Source of the DNA: a bacterium
GTDB taxonomy: Bacteria; UBA10199; 2-02-FULL-50-16; JAJFLM01
DNA length: 64,000 nucleotides
NCBI GenBank assembly: GCA_965216315.1
Contig: CBDCFN010000016.1
Coordinates: 800,001 to 864,000 of the forward strand
Direction of reading: 5' to 3'
Shown here: one piece after another, positions 1 to 10,600 of the stretch
How the letters are laid out: every line of letters begins with the position of its first letter
Numbering within the stretch: position 1 is the first letter of the stretch
Position numbers and translations under genes: made by a program
Notes under the pieces: generated by a model
Databases searched by the model: none
Told to the model about the DNA's origin: nothing
What the model saw: only the letters and a program-made list of their open reading frames with translations

Positions 1-261
1 ATTGAGGCGGTCGATGAGGCTCAGTAAATCCGCTTCGCTGGTCGATGCCGGCAGATCATGTTGCTCGGCGTGAAACCCGGCCTTGGCACAGGCGCGCTCC
101 TTGTTGCGAACGTAGATCTTAGATGCCTCATTGTCGCCCACGAGGACCACGGCCAGGCCCGGTTTGATAGCGGACTGCTCCAAGAGGGTCGCGGCCTCGC
201 GACCAATCTCTTCACGAATCTTGAGGGCCAGTGCCTTTCCATCGATGATTTGGGCGGTCAT
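1..261 (-). CDS. folD: Bifunctional methylenetetrahydrofolate dehydrogenase/cyclohydrolase, N-terminal part (runs off window start)
   Basis: Not in ORF track; manual translation MTAQIIDGKALALKIREEI...KPGLAVVLVGDNEASKIYVRNKERACAKAGF is the FolD N-terminus; GGAG RBS upstream of the ATG at 261. Confidence 0.95.
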   Translation of the reverse strand, partial: MTAQIIDGKALALKIREEIGREAATLLEQSAIKPGLAVVLVGDNEASKIYVRNKERACAKAGFHAEQHDLPASTSEADLLSLIDRLN

Positions 262-434
262 AAATACTCCGCAAATTCTCCATTACATTACGAAGACGAA
301 GGGCTTATCGCTACCGTGGCAGCAGAGCTCTGTCAATATTGCCCGAAAAATCGATGGGAACTTGTTTATTTACAGTACATTGAAAATATTATACTTTCAC
401 GAATTGTCAGTACAGTAAGGGGGAGTACGACGCA

Positions 435-2063
435 TTGCGGCGTATACTATTAAAAGTCCTGTTGGTTTTACCGATCCTGCTCGCGTCTCAACCCGTGATG
501 GCGACTCCGAGCTATAATGGCAATAATCTGGTACCGACGACGGATAACGGTCCCTACCTGAATACGCATTCAACGCGACAATTGAGAAAATATAAATGGA
601 CGGTCGGAACGACCCTCAATTATGCCCATCGTCCTTTGGAGCTCGAAGGGCCTTCAGGAGGGCGCGTCAGTGGTGTGCTCGAAAACTTATTGGTGATGCA
701 TCTTCTTGGTGCATTCGGAATCACCGATTGGGTTCAGATTGGTCTCGATGTGCCGATTGCCATCGTTGACCGGACAATTGATACAGCGACGGGTAATCCC
801 AGCTTTCATACGCGCATGAGCGATATTCGACTCGAAGCCAAATTTCGCCTCTTGGATCCAGACAACCCGGATTATAAGGGGTGGGGAATTGCCGCGATTC
901 CATTTATTAATTTTCCCACCGGATCGGGTACGCGCTTGGTCGGCAACAAGACCTTTGCGGGCGGCGCTAAGTTAGCCTTTGAATCACCTGACATCAGTGA
1001 TGTCGTCCGGATTGCCCTCAACGTGGGGTATGAAATGCGTGAATCGACCATTCTGTTTGGTACTGAAGTGGATGATTGGTTCATGTATTCTTTAGCTGCC
1101 AACTTCAGGGTTGCCGACTACTTTGAGATCGTTCCGGAAATCTGGGGCAAGACACTCGCCGGTGATATGTTTGAGCGTGAATCTCAAAGCCCATTGGAGT
1201 TGGGAGGCGTCTTTCGGGTTTTTCTCGCCGATAAAAAGTTGGCGCTTGATTTCGGGGGAAGCGGGGGATTGATGTCGGGTGTGGGGGCTCCGGTGTGGCG
1301 CGGTATTCTGAGAATTGCCTATAAGCCGCTGCGTCGCGATAATGAGTCTCAATATGATCTGCCTTTGCCGGTTGAGTTGACGGCCGAAGATTACTATCTA
1401 TTAGCCCAGAAATGTCCGCCGGATCCGGCTGACTTTGATGCAACAAAGCATGACGAAGCGTGTGATAAACTTTACGAACTCCGTGCTCTCCAGGGGCAAT
1501 GTCCCGATCCGGAAGAGTTTGATGCCAGTAGGCATGATGAAGCTTGCGAAAAAATCTATGAGTTACAGGGCTTCGATCATGACGGCGATGCCGTAGCCGA
1601 TTATCTCGATCGCTGTCCGGACCAGCAGGGCCCCATCGAAAATGACGGTTGCCCGACGCATGGAATTGTCGTGCTTGACTGGAGTGAGGGTCGGGTTAAG
1701 TCGGATAAAATCCTTTTTGAATTTAATAGTGCCGATCTAACTCCCGCGTCGCGGGATATTGTGAGGCGCATTGCGGAACAATTGATGGCCCATGTTGATT
1801 TCATCCAGCACATGACAGTCGAAGGCCACACGGATAGCGTTGGTCTCCGCGAATACAATCGAGTGCTTTCCGTCCGGCGGGCCCAGTCCGTTAGGAGTGC
1901 GTTAATCGACTACGGCGTGCCTGCACATAAAATGAATGCGGTCGGTTTTGGCCAATCACGCCCGGCAGTCGGCAATGAAACGGAAGAAGGCCAACAGCAA
2001 AATCGTCGGGTGGAGATTCGCTTTAGGGGGTCGTTGCCGGATTATCTTGGAACGACGCAGTAA
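435..2063 (+). CDS. OmpA-family outer-membrane protein (signal peptide, putative beta-barrel, Cys/Asp TSP3-like repeats, C-terminal OmpA peptidoglycan-binding domain)
   Basis: Signal peptide; DHDGDAVADYLDRCP and GCP repeat; FEFNSADL, VEGHTDSVG...YNRVLSVRRA, NRRVEI OmpA motifs; GGGAG RBS before TTG. Confidence 0.9.
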   Translation: MRRILLKVLLVLPILLASQPVMATPSYNGNNLVPTTDNGPYLNTHSTRQLRKYKWTVGTTLNYAHRPLELEGPSGGRVSGVLENLLVMHLLGAFGITDWVQIGLDVPIAIVDRTIDTATGNPSFHTRMSDIRLEAKFRLLDPDNPDYKGWGIAAIPFINFPTGSGTRLVGNKTFAGGAKLAFESPDISDVVRIALNVGYEMRESTILFGTEVDDWFMYSLAANFRVADYFEIVPEIWGKTLAGDMFERESQSPLELGGVFRVFLADKKLALDFGGSGGLMSGVGAPVWRGILRIAYKPLRRDNESQYDLPLPVELTAEDYYLLAQKCPPDPADFDATKHDEACDKLYELRALQGQCPDPEEFDASRHDEACEKIYELQGFDHDGDAVADYLDRCPDQQGPIENDGCPTHGIVVLDWSEGRVKSDKILFEFNSADLTPASRDIVRRIAEQLMAHVDFIQHMTVEGHTDSVGLREYNRVLSVRRAQSVRSALIDYGVPAHKMNAVGFGQSRPAVGNETEEGQQQNRRVEIRFRGSLPDYLGTTQ

Positions 2064-2071
2064 AACTTGAC

Positions 2072-2962
2072 TCAATCACAGGTGATGCGGTTGCGCCCGC
2101 TATTTTTAGAGGCGTAGAGGCACTTGTCGGCTCCGCTAATGAGGTCTTCCTCGGTTTCATAGCTGTCTTTGTCAAGAGTCGCTACGCCGACACTGACGGT
2201 TACGGGGATGACCTGACCTTCAAAGACGAATTCGTGTTCTTCGATCAGGCTCCTCAGCCGCTCGCCTAATACTTCGGCGCCTTCTTTGCCCGTATCTTTA
2301 AGAACAATCGTAAATTCTTCGCCCCCGTAACGGGCAAATAAATCTTCATCACGTATGATGGACTGGGCCAGTTTGGTCAGGCGCATCAGTACGAAATCCC
2401 CAGCGGGGTGACCATAAGTGTCATTGACGTTCTTGAAATGATCGATGTCGAACATGATAAGCGAGAGCGGGACTCCTTTGCGTTTTGCAAAACTGAATTC
2501 ACCGCAGAGTCGATCGAGTAAATGACGTTTATTATAAATGCTGGTGAGAGGGTCGAGATGACCCATGTTGTAAAGTTCTTGTTGAGTAGATTCATCGAGC
2601 TTATCGGCATAAATGTATTTAATCATCGTGGAGCTCGATATTTGAATCTTATCTTCATGAGTGAGTGTAAACGTCGTAATACGTTCACCATTCACGTACG
2701 TTCCATTGGTGCTATTAAGGTCCGTTGCTATCGTCTTGCCGCTATTATAATGAAGTTTGAGATGTTTTCGCGAGATGCCTTCGTCGTTGATAACGATGTC
2801 GGCATCTTCAGAGCGACCTAAGACGACGCTTCCCGTCTGCAGGAGTACCATTTTACCGAAGAGGGGCCCTTGCTGAAAGAGGATGTATGGATGCTTCTCT
2901 TGCTCATCGGCCTGAAGTTCAGGAACAGAGGTGACTATCGTATGATCCGTCGTATCATCCAT
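2072..2962 (-). CDS. FHA-domain diguanylate cyclase (FHA-GGDEF)
   Basis: FHA motifs LGRS, ISRKH, DLNSTNGTYVNG; GGDEF domain with DIDHFK, RDED I-site and RYGGEEF. Confidence 0.95.
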   Translation of the reverse strand: MDDTTDHTIVTSVPELQADEQEKHPYILFQQGPLFGKMVLLQTGSVVLGRSEDADIVINDEGISRKHLKLHYNSGKTIATDLNSTNGTYVNGERITTFTLTHEDKIQISSSTMIKYIYADKLDESTQQELYNMGHLDPLTSIYNKRHLLDRLCGEFSFAKRKGVPLSLIMFDIDHFKNVNDTYGHPAGDFVLMRLTKLAQSIIRDEDLFARYGGEEFTIVLKDTGKEGAEVLGERLRSLIEEHEFVFEGQVIPVTVSVGVATLDKDSYETEEDLISGADKCLYASKNSGRNRITCD

Positions 2963-2976
2963 AATGCTAAGGCTCT

Positions 2977-3005
2977 ATCATAGCGGCAAAGCGGCCTGGA
3001 GACAA
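2977..3005 (-). promoter_or_regulatory. Putative sigma70 promoter of the FHA-GGDEF gene
   Basis: TTGTCT-N17-TATGAT on minus strand, 14 nt upstream of the ATG. Confidence 0.5.
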
Positions 3006-3010
3006 GTTCA

Positions 3011-4849
3011 CTATTTTCGGAGGGTTGCCCGGATGACGCTGGTTTTACCAGCGAAGATTTTAACGGTCTGCTCCCAGGTCCTGTAGCCGGGGAGCTCAAC
3101 GCGAATCGTGTGTTCGCTGCCGGGTTGCAACCGGGGAAGGCGTAAAGGGCTCGTTCCCTTATCGATGCCATCGATAAAGATTCGCGCTTTCGGTGGTTGA
3201 GAGGTGATGCGTAACGCACCGTAGTTAATGCGTAATTCCGCTTCTATTGTCGTGGGCGTGTCGCCGGACACCTGGGCCTTGCCAGCCCAATAGGTATGAT
3301 TTTTGAGGAAAAGTCCTATGTTGTAGGTCTGGCCAAGTTTTAATTTTTCGAGTTCGGCCGGTGTTTGCAGCCCGGTGTCGCGATCATTGATGAAAATTCT
3401 GGCCCCTGCTGGTTGTGAGCGGATGAGTAGCGTCCCAAATTCGGCAACTGGCGGGGTTGGTTTGGGCACCGGCGTGGGGACGGGCTTGGGTGGTGATACT
3501 ATTTTAATGGGTTTTGGCTGTGTGACCGGTGGTTCCGGTGCCGGTTCTGAATGGAAATACTCAACAACGTGCGGGGCAACCTTGTACCCGGCATAGGCCA
3601 GTGTGGCGAGAAGGACGCCGATCAGGACCCATCGATTCAAAATCATGCGGCGCCACGGGATGCGCCCGAGCCATTGACGCCAGGGAAAGGGTTTGCGTTG
3701 GGGAGTTGGCGCCGGTTCTTCAGGTTCAGGCGCTTCATCTGGCGCAGAGGCTTCGTCATCGGCTTTATCAACGTTTAAATTGTATGTTTCCAATTCGGTT
3801 AGGCGTCTTTGGAGTATGCGTGGGTCCGCGAGTGCGGTCACTTCCATTTCGTTGTCGACAATGGTGGGAGCCTCTTGGGAGATTGTTTGTCCGACGATCG
3901 TTGGTTCTTCATCGGCGCGGTCAGCAAACAAATTATTAAGATAGTCCTGCAGGTTGCGTGGGGCAAAATCAGGGTATCGCTGCACGAGCGTACGGATTAA
4001 ATCGAGTTGAAAATCATGGGCTGATTGGTAGCGATTTTTTTTATTCTTAGTTAAGGCCTTCTTGAGTATCTTATCCACTTCTTTTGGGATATCTTCTCGG
4101 TAGCCTTGCGCCGAAGGGACGCGGCAACGCTTGACGCGTTGGATCGTTTCACGATTGTTTTTTCCTTTAAAGAGGCGTTGGTTCGTTAGTAATTCCCACA
4201 GTATGACCGCGAGCGAAAAGATGTCGGTGCGACCATCCAGCTTTTCTCCACCGACATGCTCGGGAGACATATAGGCGAACTTCCCTTTTACCACTCCCGA
4301 ATCTGTGGTTGAGACCTGGGATGTCGCCTTCGCGATACCAAAGTCGATAATCTTAACCGTTCCGGACCAAGAAATGATGACATTTTGCGGGCTGATGTCG
4401 CGGTGAACGATGTTGAGTGGGTTTCCCCGGCTATCCGTTTTTTGATGCATGTAGGTGAGGCCATTAGCGACCTCCGAGATAATATAGAGGGCGATCGGAA
4501 CCGGCATCCATTCATTGTTTTGGCGTAAGTGGCGTGCGATACGGCTCAGGCTCTCGCCGTCGACATATTCCATTACCATGAAGTAATCATCGTCGATGCG
4601 TCCCAGGTCGAAGACTTGGGCGATATTGCCGTGTGAGAGTTGCACGGCCAGTTTGGCCTCTTGGACCAACATCTCGACGAAATCCTCATCGGCGGCAATC
4701 TGTGGGAGGATGCGTTTAATCACGACCGGTCGTTCCAGCCCACCCGGATCAATGGCCCGGCCCTTGAATATCTCGGCCATGCCCCCTTGGGCGATCTTTT
4801 CGTCGATGACGTATTGCCCTAATTGCTGGTCTTCAGCGGGGAGTCCCAT
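3011..4849 (-). CDS. Hanks-type Ser/Thr protein kinase with TM helix and two C-terminal PEGA domains
   Basis: GGMAEIF, VIKRI, HRDISPQN, DFG, KGKFAYMSPE; TM WVLIGVLLATLAYAGY; two SQPxxARIFI(N/D) PEGA repeats; start at ATG 4849 preferred over TTG 4885. Confidence 0.93.
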   Translation of the reverse strand: MGLPAEDQQLGQYVIDEKIAQGGMAEIFKGRAIDPGGLERPVVIKRILPQIAADEDFVEMLVQEAKLAVQLSHGNIAQVFDLGRIDDDYFMVMEYVDGESLSRIARHLRQNNEWMPVPIALYIISEVANGLTYMHQKTDSRGNPLNIVHRDISPQNVIISWSGTVKIIDFGIAKATSQVSTTDSGVVKGKFAYMSPEHVGGEKLDGRTDIFSLAVILWELLTNQRLFKGKNNRETIQRVKRCRVPSAQGYREDIPKEVDKILKKALTKNKKNRYQSAHDFQLDLIRTLVQRYPDFAPRNLQDYLNNLFADRADEEPTIVGQTISQEAPTIVDNEMEVTALADPRILQRRLTELETYNLNVDKADDEASAPDEAPEPEEPAPTPQRKPFPWRQWLGRIPWRRMILNRWVLIGVLLATLAYAGYKVAPHVVEYFHSEPAPEPPVTQPKPIKIVSPPKPVPTPVPKPTPPVAEFGTLLIRSQPAGARIFINDRDTGLQTPAELEKLKLGQTYNIGLFLKNHTYWAGKAQVSGDTPTTIEAELRINYGALRITSQPPKARIFIDGIDKGTSPLRLPRLQPGSEHTIRVELPGYRTWEQTVKIFAGKTSVIRATLRK

Positions 4850-4907
4850 AGAGGCAAAATTATAGGGATAACGTGAATAAATCAATGAATTATGGTAACT
4901 TAGGGGC

Positions 4908-4935
4908 GCACCTGGAAGGGGATTTGTGCCGATAC
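4908..4935 (+). promoter_or_regulatory. Putative FliA/sigma28-like promoter of flhB/sctU
   Basis: GCACCT-N14-GCCGATAC; -10 matches GCCGATAA at 7/8. Confidence 0.45.
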
Positions 4936-4946
4936 TTTATTATATT

Positions 4947-4980
4947 CCCCCTCTCCTAAGCCTCTCCCCGAGGGGAGAGG
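4947..4980. repeat. REP-like palindrome (CCCTCTCCC/GGGAGAGG type)
   Basis: CCCCCTCTCCTAAGCCTCTCCCCGAGGGGAGAGG; 9-bp inverted repeat CCTCTCCCC/GGGGAGAGG in the intergenic region. Confidence 0.6.
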
Positions 4981-5004
4981 TAGGCTAAGGAATAAGAGCG
5001 TTCT

Positions 5005-6090
5005 ATGGCTGAAGAAAAAGGCGGACAGGAAAAAACCGAAGACGCGACGCCCAAGCGGATGCGTGAGGCGCGCAAAAAGGGGCAAGTGGCCAAGAGTAAA
5101 GACCTCGTCACGGTCGCTATCCTGATCATTACCTGCGGGACGATTGCCGTCATGGCGGGGAATATCGGGGGACAGCTGCAAAACTTCCTGGAGATGGCCT
5201 TTGATATTCCTCAGGATGTGCGATCAATTTTTTCCGAACATGTTGGCGTTGTCGGCAAGGCAGGGGTCTTGGTCCTGGCAAAGGCGACCGGCCCGATTTT
5301 ATTGGCGGCCTTTCTGGCGGCGGCGGTGATCGGATACTTGCAGGTCGGCGCGCTTTTTAGCCTCGATCCGCTGATGCCTCAACTCAAGAAACTCAATCCC
5401 ATTGAAGGCCTCAAAAACATGGTGAAGATGCGCGTCTTCATTGAGCTGGTCAAAAACCTGATCAAGGTTTCGGCGATTATGTTTCTCGCCTTTCTTGCGA
5501 TAAGGAAATATCTACGCCCGTTCCTTCTGACGACAACGACACCTATTGATGAAGGCATCAAAGTAGGTGGCTTGATTCTCTTATATTTTTTGGCGCTCGT
5601 GTTTATTGTTTTTATCTTGGTCGCGGTAGCAGACATCATGCTGCAGAAAAAAGAACATGCGAAAAACCTTAAAATGACCAAAGACGAGGTGAAGCGCGAG
5701 TATAAGGAGGATGAAGGCGATCCATTAATTAAGGGCCAACGGAAGCAATTGCATCGTGAGATGGCTATGAGTGATGTCGCCCAACAAGTTTCTAAATCGG
5801 ATGTTGTCGTCACGAATCCGACGCACATAGCTATAGCGATTAAGTATGATGCTGCCGAAATGATTGCGCCGGAGATTATGGCGAAAGGGCAGCGACTTTA
5901 TGCCCAACGCATTCGCGAAATAGCTGAGCAGCAGGACATTCCTATCATGCGCAACATTCCCTTGGCATGGGCCCTCATTGAGCTAGAGATCGGCGATGAA
6001 ATCCCCGAAGATCTCTATCAGGCCATTGCGGAGGTGCTGGCCTTTGTCTACCGGCTCAAGGCCGAAAAAGAGCGTGCCCAATACCTTTAA
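5005..6090 (+). CDS. Type III export apparatus switch protein, FlhB/SctU (EscU/YscU/HrcU) family
   Basis: EKTEDATPKRMREARKKGQVAKSKD N-terminus, four hydrophobic segments, LKMTKDEVKREYKEDEGDP, NPTH autocleavage motif, PLAWAL...IPEDLYQAIAEVL; flagellar vs non-flagellar type not resolvable by eye. Confidence 0.95.
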   Translation: MAEEKGGQEKTEDATPKRMREARKKGQVAKSKDLVTVAILIITCGTIAVMAGNIGGQLQNFLEMAFDIPQDVRSIFSEHVGVVGKAGVLVLAKATGPILLAAFLAAAVIGYLQVGALFSLDPLMPQLKKLNPIEGLKNMVKMRVFIELVKNLIKVSAIMFLAFLAIRKYLRPFLLTTTTPIDEGIKVGGLILLYFLALVFIVFILVAVADIMLQKKEHAKNLKMTKDEVKREYKEDEGDPLIKGQRKQLHREMAMSDVAQQVSKSDVVVTNPTHIAIAIKYDAAEMIAPEIMAKGQRLYAQRIREIAEQQDIPIMRNIPLAWALIELEIGDEIPEDLYQAIAEVLAFVYRLKAEKERAQYL

Positions 6091-6560
6091 TGCATCTTAT
6101 GGCCAAAGTGTCCCATCTGGGGTTTGACCATCGCATGCCAGTGAGAATATTTCATTCGTATGGCATCTTGATGCGATCCCGCATGAAATTCGATTTCCTT
6201 GTCGTCGCTCAACGACGTCTCGGCATAGACCGGCATCTGGTAGAGCATGCCGAATGGGGGCATGGCGCCTACTTCACAATCCGGGAATAACGTGGCCAGT
6301 TCGCTTTCAGGGGCCAGTGTTATCTCAGGGTTGCCGATTGTCTCTCGAACCGCGCGGAGGTCGAGCTGGTAATCTGCCGGCAGCACCATCATGTAATAGT
6401 GCTCGGAATCCTTCAGGATAACGACCTTGGCGACTTCATGGGGATTAATGTTCTCCGCTTCGGCCAGCTGGAGTGCTGTCATGCTCCTGGAATGGTGCCG
6501 GACCAGATGCGGGGCTTGGACTTCTTCAAGATAGCTCTCTAATTGGTCAGAGGGACCCAT
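6087..6560 (-). CDS. YbaK/EbsC-family aminoacyl-tRNA deacylase
   Basis: AKVVIL, LFPDCEVGAMPPFG, FHAGSH motifs. Confidence 0.9.
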   Translation of the reverse strand: MGPSDQLESYLEEVQAPHLVRHHSRSMTALQLAEAENINPHEVAKVVILKDSEHYYMMVLPADYQLDLRAVRETIGNPEITLAPESELATLFPDCEVGAMPPFGMLYQMPVYAETSLSDDKEIEFHAGSHQDAIRMKYSHWHAMVKPQMGHFGHKMH

Positions 6561-6734
6561 ATATTACTCCTGTTTAGTTGCCTTCATTTTAGTATAATGT
6601 GCCCCATCAAACCAGCGATAGCTGGCTCTGGGGGGCTATTTGAGGCCTGAAAGCCCTTGCAATGTCCAGACCCCTATGATAGCAACGGGCCTCGCTAAAG
6701 AGGGGGCTAGTTTGTCTAAAGAGTTCAATAGGTT

Positions 6735-7670
6735 ATGTCAGATAGTGTAGGAGTAAAAATGCAAGATTTGTTGGCCGCAGGAGTTCATTTTGGGCACCAG
6801 ACCCAAAAGTGGGATCCGCGCATGAAGCCGTTCATTTTCGGGGCTCGACGCGGAATTCACATCATCAATTTGGAGCATACCGTTCCCCTCTTCGAAAAGG
6901 CCTGTGCCTTCGTGAAGGAAATAGTCACTTCCGGAGGCGATGTCCTCTTTGTCGGGAATAAGCGCCAAGCGCAGCCTGTCATTGAGGAAGAGGCGAAGCG
7001 ATGTAAAATGCACTTCGTCAATAGCCGTTGGCTCGGCGGGACCCTCACTAATTTTTCGACGATTAAAGCTTCGATTGATCGCCTCAAAGATCTCGAAACG
7101 AAGATGGCAGAAGGGGTCTACGAGACGCTGAAAAAGAAAGAACGACGCCAGATTGAACGTGAGATCGAGAAACTGTCTAAGGCGTTAGGTGGAATCAAAG
7201 ATATGGAGTCTTTGCCGGCACTCCTCTTCATTATTGACCCCAACAAAGAACAGATTGCTCAAAAAGAGGCTAATCGACTCGGTATTCCCGTAGTTGCGGT
7301 GACGGACACGAACTGCAATCCGGAGGGAATTGATTATGTTATTCCCGGTAACGATGATGCCATCAAGGCCATCCGAATTTTTGCCAGCCGTATAGCTGAT
7401 TCAGTCCTGCAAGGATTGGAACAGCGTCAAGAGAGGATTCGTGAGGAAGTCGCTGCTGAAAAGGAAAAAACTCCTGAAGCGCCTAAAATCGAGGAGATGG
7501 TTCCGGAACAAAGTCGTTCCTATGTGAGCAAGGCGGTTAAAGAAGAGAAAGTTGCCATTGAAGAAACCGCGCCGGTTGAGGCTGCAGCCGAGCCGGCTTC
7601 TGAGCCGGCACCAGAACCCGCCGCACAACCAACCGAAGAAACGAAGCCAGCGGAGAAAGCCGATGGCTAG
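6735..7670 (+). CDS. rpsB: 30S ribosomal protein S2 (with Glu/Pro/Ala-rich tail)
   Basis: [30 protein letters not shown]. Confidence 0.98.
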   Translation: MSDSVGVKMQDLLAAGVHFGHQTQKWDPRMKPFIFGARRGIHIINLEHTVPLFEKACAFVKEIVTSGGDVLFVGNKRQAQPVIEEEAKRCKMHFVNSRWLGGTLTNFSTIKASIDRLKDLETKMAEGVYETLKKKERRQIEREIEKLSKALGGIKDMESLPALLFIIDPNKEQIAQKEANRLGIPVVAVTDTNCNPEGIDYVIPGNDDAIKAIRIFASRIADSVLQGLEQRQERIREEVAAEKEKTPEAPKIEEMVPEQSRSYVSKAVKEEKVAIEETAPVEAAAEPASEPAPEPAAQPTEETKPAEKADG

Positions 7671-8514
7671 CGCGGAACAGGTTAAAGAACTCAGAGCGCG
7701 AACCAATGCGGGCATTATGGAATGCAAGAAGGCCCTCTTAGAGTCTGGCGACGATATAGAGAAGGCGATTGAATTCCTGCGTAAACAAGGGACCATTAAG
7801 GCGGCTAAGAAGTCGGGGCGTGACACCCAAGAAGGGCTTGTCAATATTGCGCTTGGTTCCGGCGGTGAACGTGCTGCCATGGTGGAGGTGAATTGCGAGA
7901 CGGATTTTGTCGCGCGCAACGAGGACTTTCAAAAGTTTGTTGCGGATCTGGCGGCACATGCACTGGAAGTCGGCGGAAACGACTTGCCGCAGTTGTTAGA
8001 TAGCAAGATGGGTGACAAAACCGTTTCCGAAGCCCTTCAGGCGACCGTTGCCGTTATAGGCGAAAATATGAGCATTGCCCGTTTTGAAGTTTGCTCCCGG
8101 GAGCAACCAAACGAAAAGCTCGCCAATTACGTCCATGCAGGGAATCAGATTGGCGTTATTCTCAAGGTTGCAGGTGAGAAGGTTCCTCAAGATACGCTTA
8201 AAGATGTCGCGATGCACATTGCGGCGATGCATCCTTTGTATGTAGACGCTGATTCGGTGCCGGCCGAAGAGGCTGAGAAAGAACAGGAAGTCCTGCGTTC
8301 CTCCCCTGATCTCCAGGGCAAGCCGGACGAGGTTGTTGAAAAAATGATCGCCGGGAGGTTCCGCAAATTCTTAAGTCAAGTGTGTTTAGTTGATCAGGTC
8401 TATATTAAGGACCCCCAAGGTAAACAAACAGTAAAAGATTATTTGAAGAGCTTGGATCCTGATTCTCGCGTGGTTAGTTTTGTGCGATTCCAGGTTGGGG
8501 ATAAAGCATCATAA
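7663..8514 (+). CDS. tsf: Elongation factor Ts
   Basis: [31 protein letters not shown]; start ATG 7663 overlapping rpsB stop. Confidence 0.97.
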   Translation: MASAEQVKELRARTNAGIMECKKALLESGDDIEKAIEFLRKQGTIKAAKKSGRDTQEGLVNIALGSGGERAAMVEVNCETDFVARNEDFQKFVADLAAHALEVGGNDLPQLLDSKMGDKTVSEALQATVAVIGENMSIARFEVCSREQPNEKLANYVHAGNQIGVILKVAGEKVPQDTLKDVAMHIAAMHPLYVDADSVPAEEAEKEQEVLRSSPDLQGKPDEVVEKMIAGRFRKFLSQVCLVDQVYIKDPQGKQTVKDYLKSLDPDSRVVSFVRFQVGDKAS

Positions 8515-8540
8515 TGGGGGCCCTGGCGAGCCTCTATTGA

Positions 8541-9260
<720 letters not shown>

Positions 9261-9291
9261 CTATTCGAAATGACTGCCAATGGAGGGTGAC

Positions 9292-9852
9292 ATGAGTATA
9301 GACGATATTTTAACCAAAGCTCACTCGAAAATGGAAAGCATACTCGGTGGCGTTCAAAAAGATTTTACGCGCATTCGTACAGGTAAAGCCTCGATAGATT
9401 TATTGGATCATTGTGTTGTTTCTGCCTATGGGAGTGACATGCCGCTTAATCAAGTGGCAACGCTTTCTGTTCCAGAGCCGCGAACGATAGTTATCGCGCC
9501 TTGGGATAAGAGTACGATCCCTGCCATTGAAAAATCCATTCAGTCTTCTGATCTTGGTCTGACTCCCAGCAACGATGGGAAAGTTGTTCGGATTAATTTG
9601 CCCCCATTGAGCGAGGAGCGGCGCAAAGAGCTTGTTAAGGTCGCACGCAATGCCGCGGAAGAAGGGCGTGTCCATGTAAGAAATGTGCGTCGCGATGCAA
9701 ATGAGCACCTTAAGAAGTCTCAAAAAGATAGCGAAATCAGCGAGGATGAGCTGAAACGCGCCGAAGTTGAAGTTCAAAAACTGACCGATGAGTTTATCAA
9801 GAAAATAGATGAATCTCTGAGCCGTAAAGAGACCGAAACTCTCGAAGTTTAA
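9292..9852 (+). CDS. frr: Ribosome recycling factor
   Basis: IRTGKAS, PPLSEERRKELVK, VRNVRRD; GGAGG RBS before ATG 9292. Confidence 0.97.
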   Translation: MSIDDILTKAHSKMESILGGVQKDFTRIRTGKASIDLLDHCVVSAYGSDMPLNQVATLSVPEPRTIVIAPWDKSTIPAIEKSIQSSDLGLTPSNDGKVVRINLPPLSEERRKELVKVARNAAEEGRVHVRNVRRDANEHLKKSQKDSEISEDELKRAEVEVQKLTDEFIKKIDESLSRKETETLEV

Positions 9853-9868
9853 TGGCAAGTCTTGCGCA

Positions 9869-10600
9869 ATGAACTTAGATCCCAAAAAATTACCCAAGCA
9901 CATTGCTATCATCATGGACGGCAACGGGCGTTGGGCACGTGCACGTAACCTTCCCCGCGTTGAGGGGCATCGCCGTGGTAGCGAAACAGTTGAAGAGATT
10001 ATCGAAGCGTGTCGTGAAATAGGGGTTCCCTACCTTACGCTCTATGCGTTTTCGATGGAGAATTGGGCGCGACCTAAGGAAGAGGTTGATGCCCTGATGT
10101 CATTGTTGAAGGAGTTCCTCAAGATTAAGCGAAAAAAGCTGATAGCGAATGAGATCCGTCTTGAGACGATAGGGGATACAACACGTTTGCCGGGGGATGT
10201 TCTTGAGGTCCTCAATGAAACGAAACAGCAAACGGCACATCTTGATAAAATGACTCTCTGTCTTGCACTGAGTTATGGCGCACGTGATGAGATTGTCCGT
10301 ACAGTCAGAAAAATTGTTGCCGATTGCCAGGCTGGTGAATTAAAGGCCGAAGATATTACGGCAGAACTTGTGAATAAGAAACTGGACACCTGTTCCTTGC
10401 CTGACCCGGATTTATTGATTCGAACCAGTGGAGAGTCGCGGACAAGTAACTTTCTCTTGTGGCAGACGGCCTATTCCGAATTCATCTTTACCGAAACGCT
10501 GTGGCCCGATTTTCATCGGGAGAATCTGATGGATATGTTGCTCGAATATCAACAGCGTGAACGCCGCTTTGGCCAAACCTCCGATCAGTTAGAGAAATGA
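9869..10600 (+). CDS. uppS: Undecaprenyl diphosphate synthase
   Basis: HIAIIMDGNGRWA, YAFSMENW, IRTSGE. Confidence 0.97.
   Translation: MNLDPKKLPKHIAIIMDGNGRWARARNLPRVEGHRRGSETVEEIIEACREIGVPYLTLYAFSMENWARPKEEVDALMSLLKEFLKIKRKKLIANEIRLETIGDTTRLPGDVLEVLNETKQQTAHLDKMTLCLALSYGARDEIVRTVRKIVADCQAGELKAEDITAELVNKKLDTCSLPDPDLLIRTSGESRTSNFLLWQTAYSEFIFTETLWPDFHRENLMDMLLEYQQRERRFGQTSDQLEK

Noticed and set aside
331..344. TCAATATTG palindrome shared by the folD and pyrG/purB upstream regions as an operator
   Set aside because: The same 9-mer also occurs inside coding sequences (near 7841 and 22383), so chance is likely
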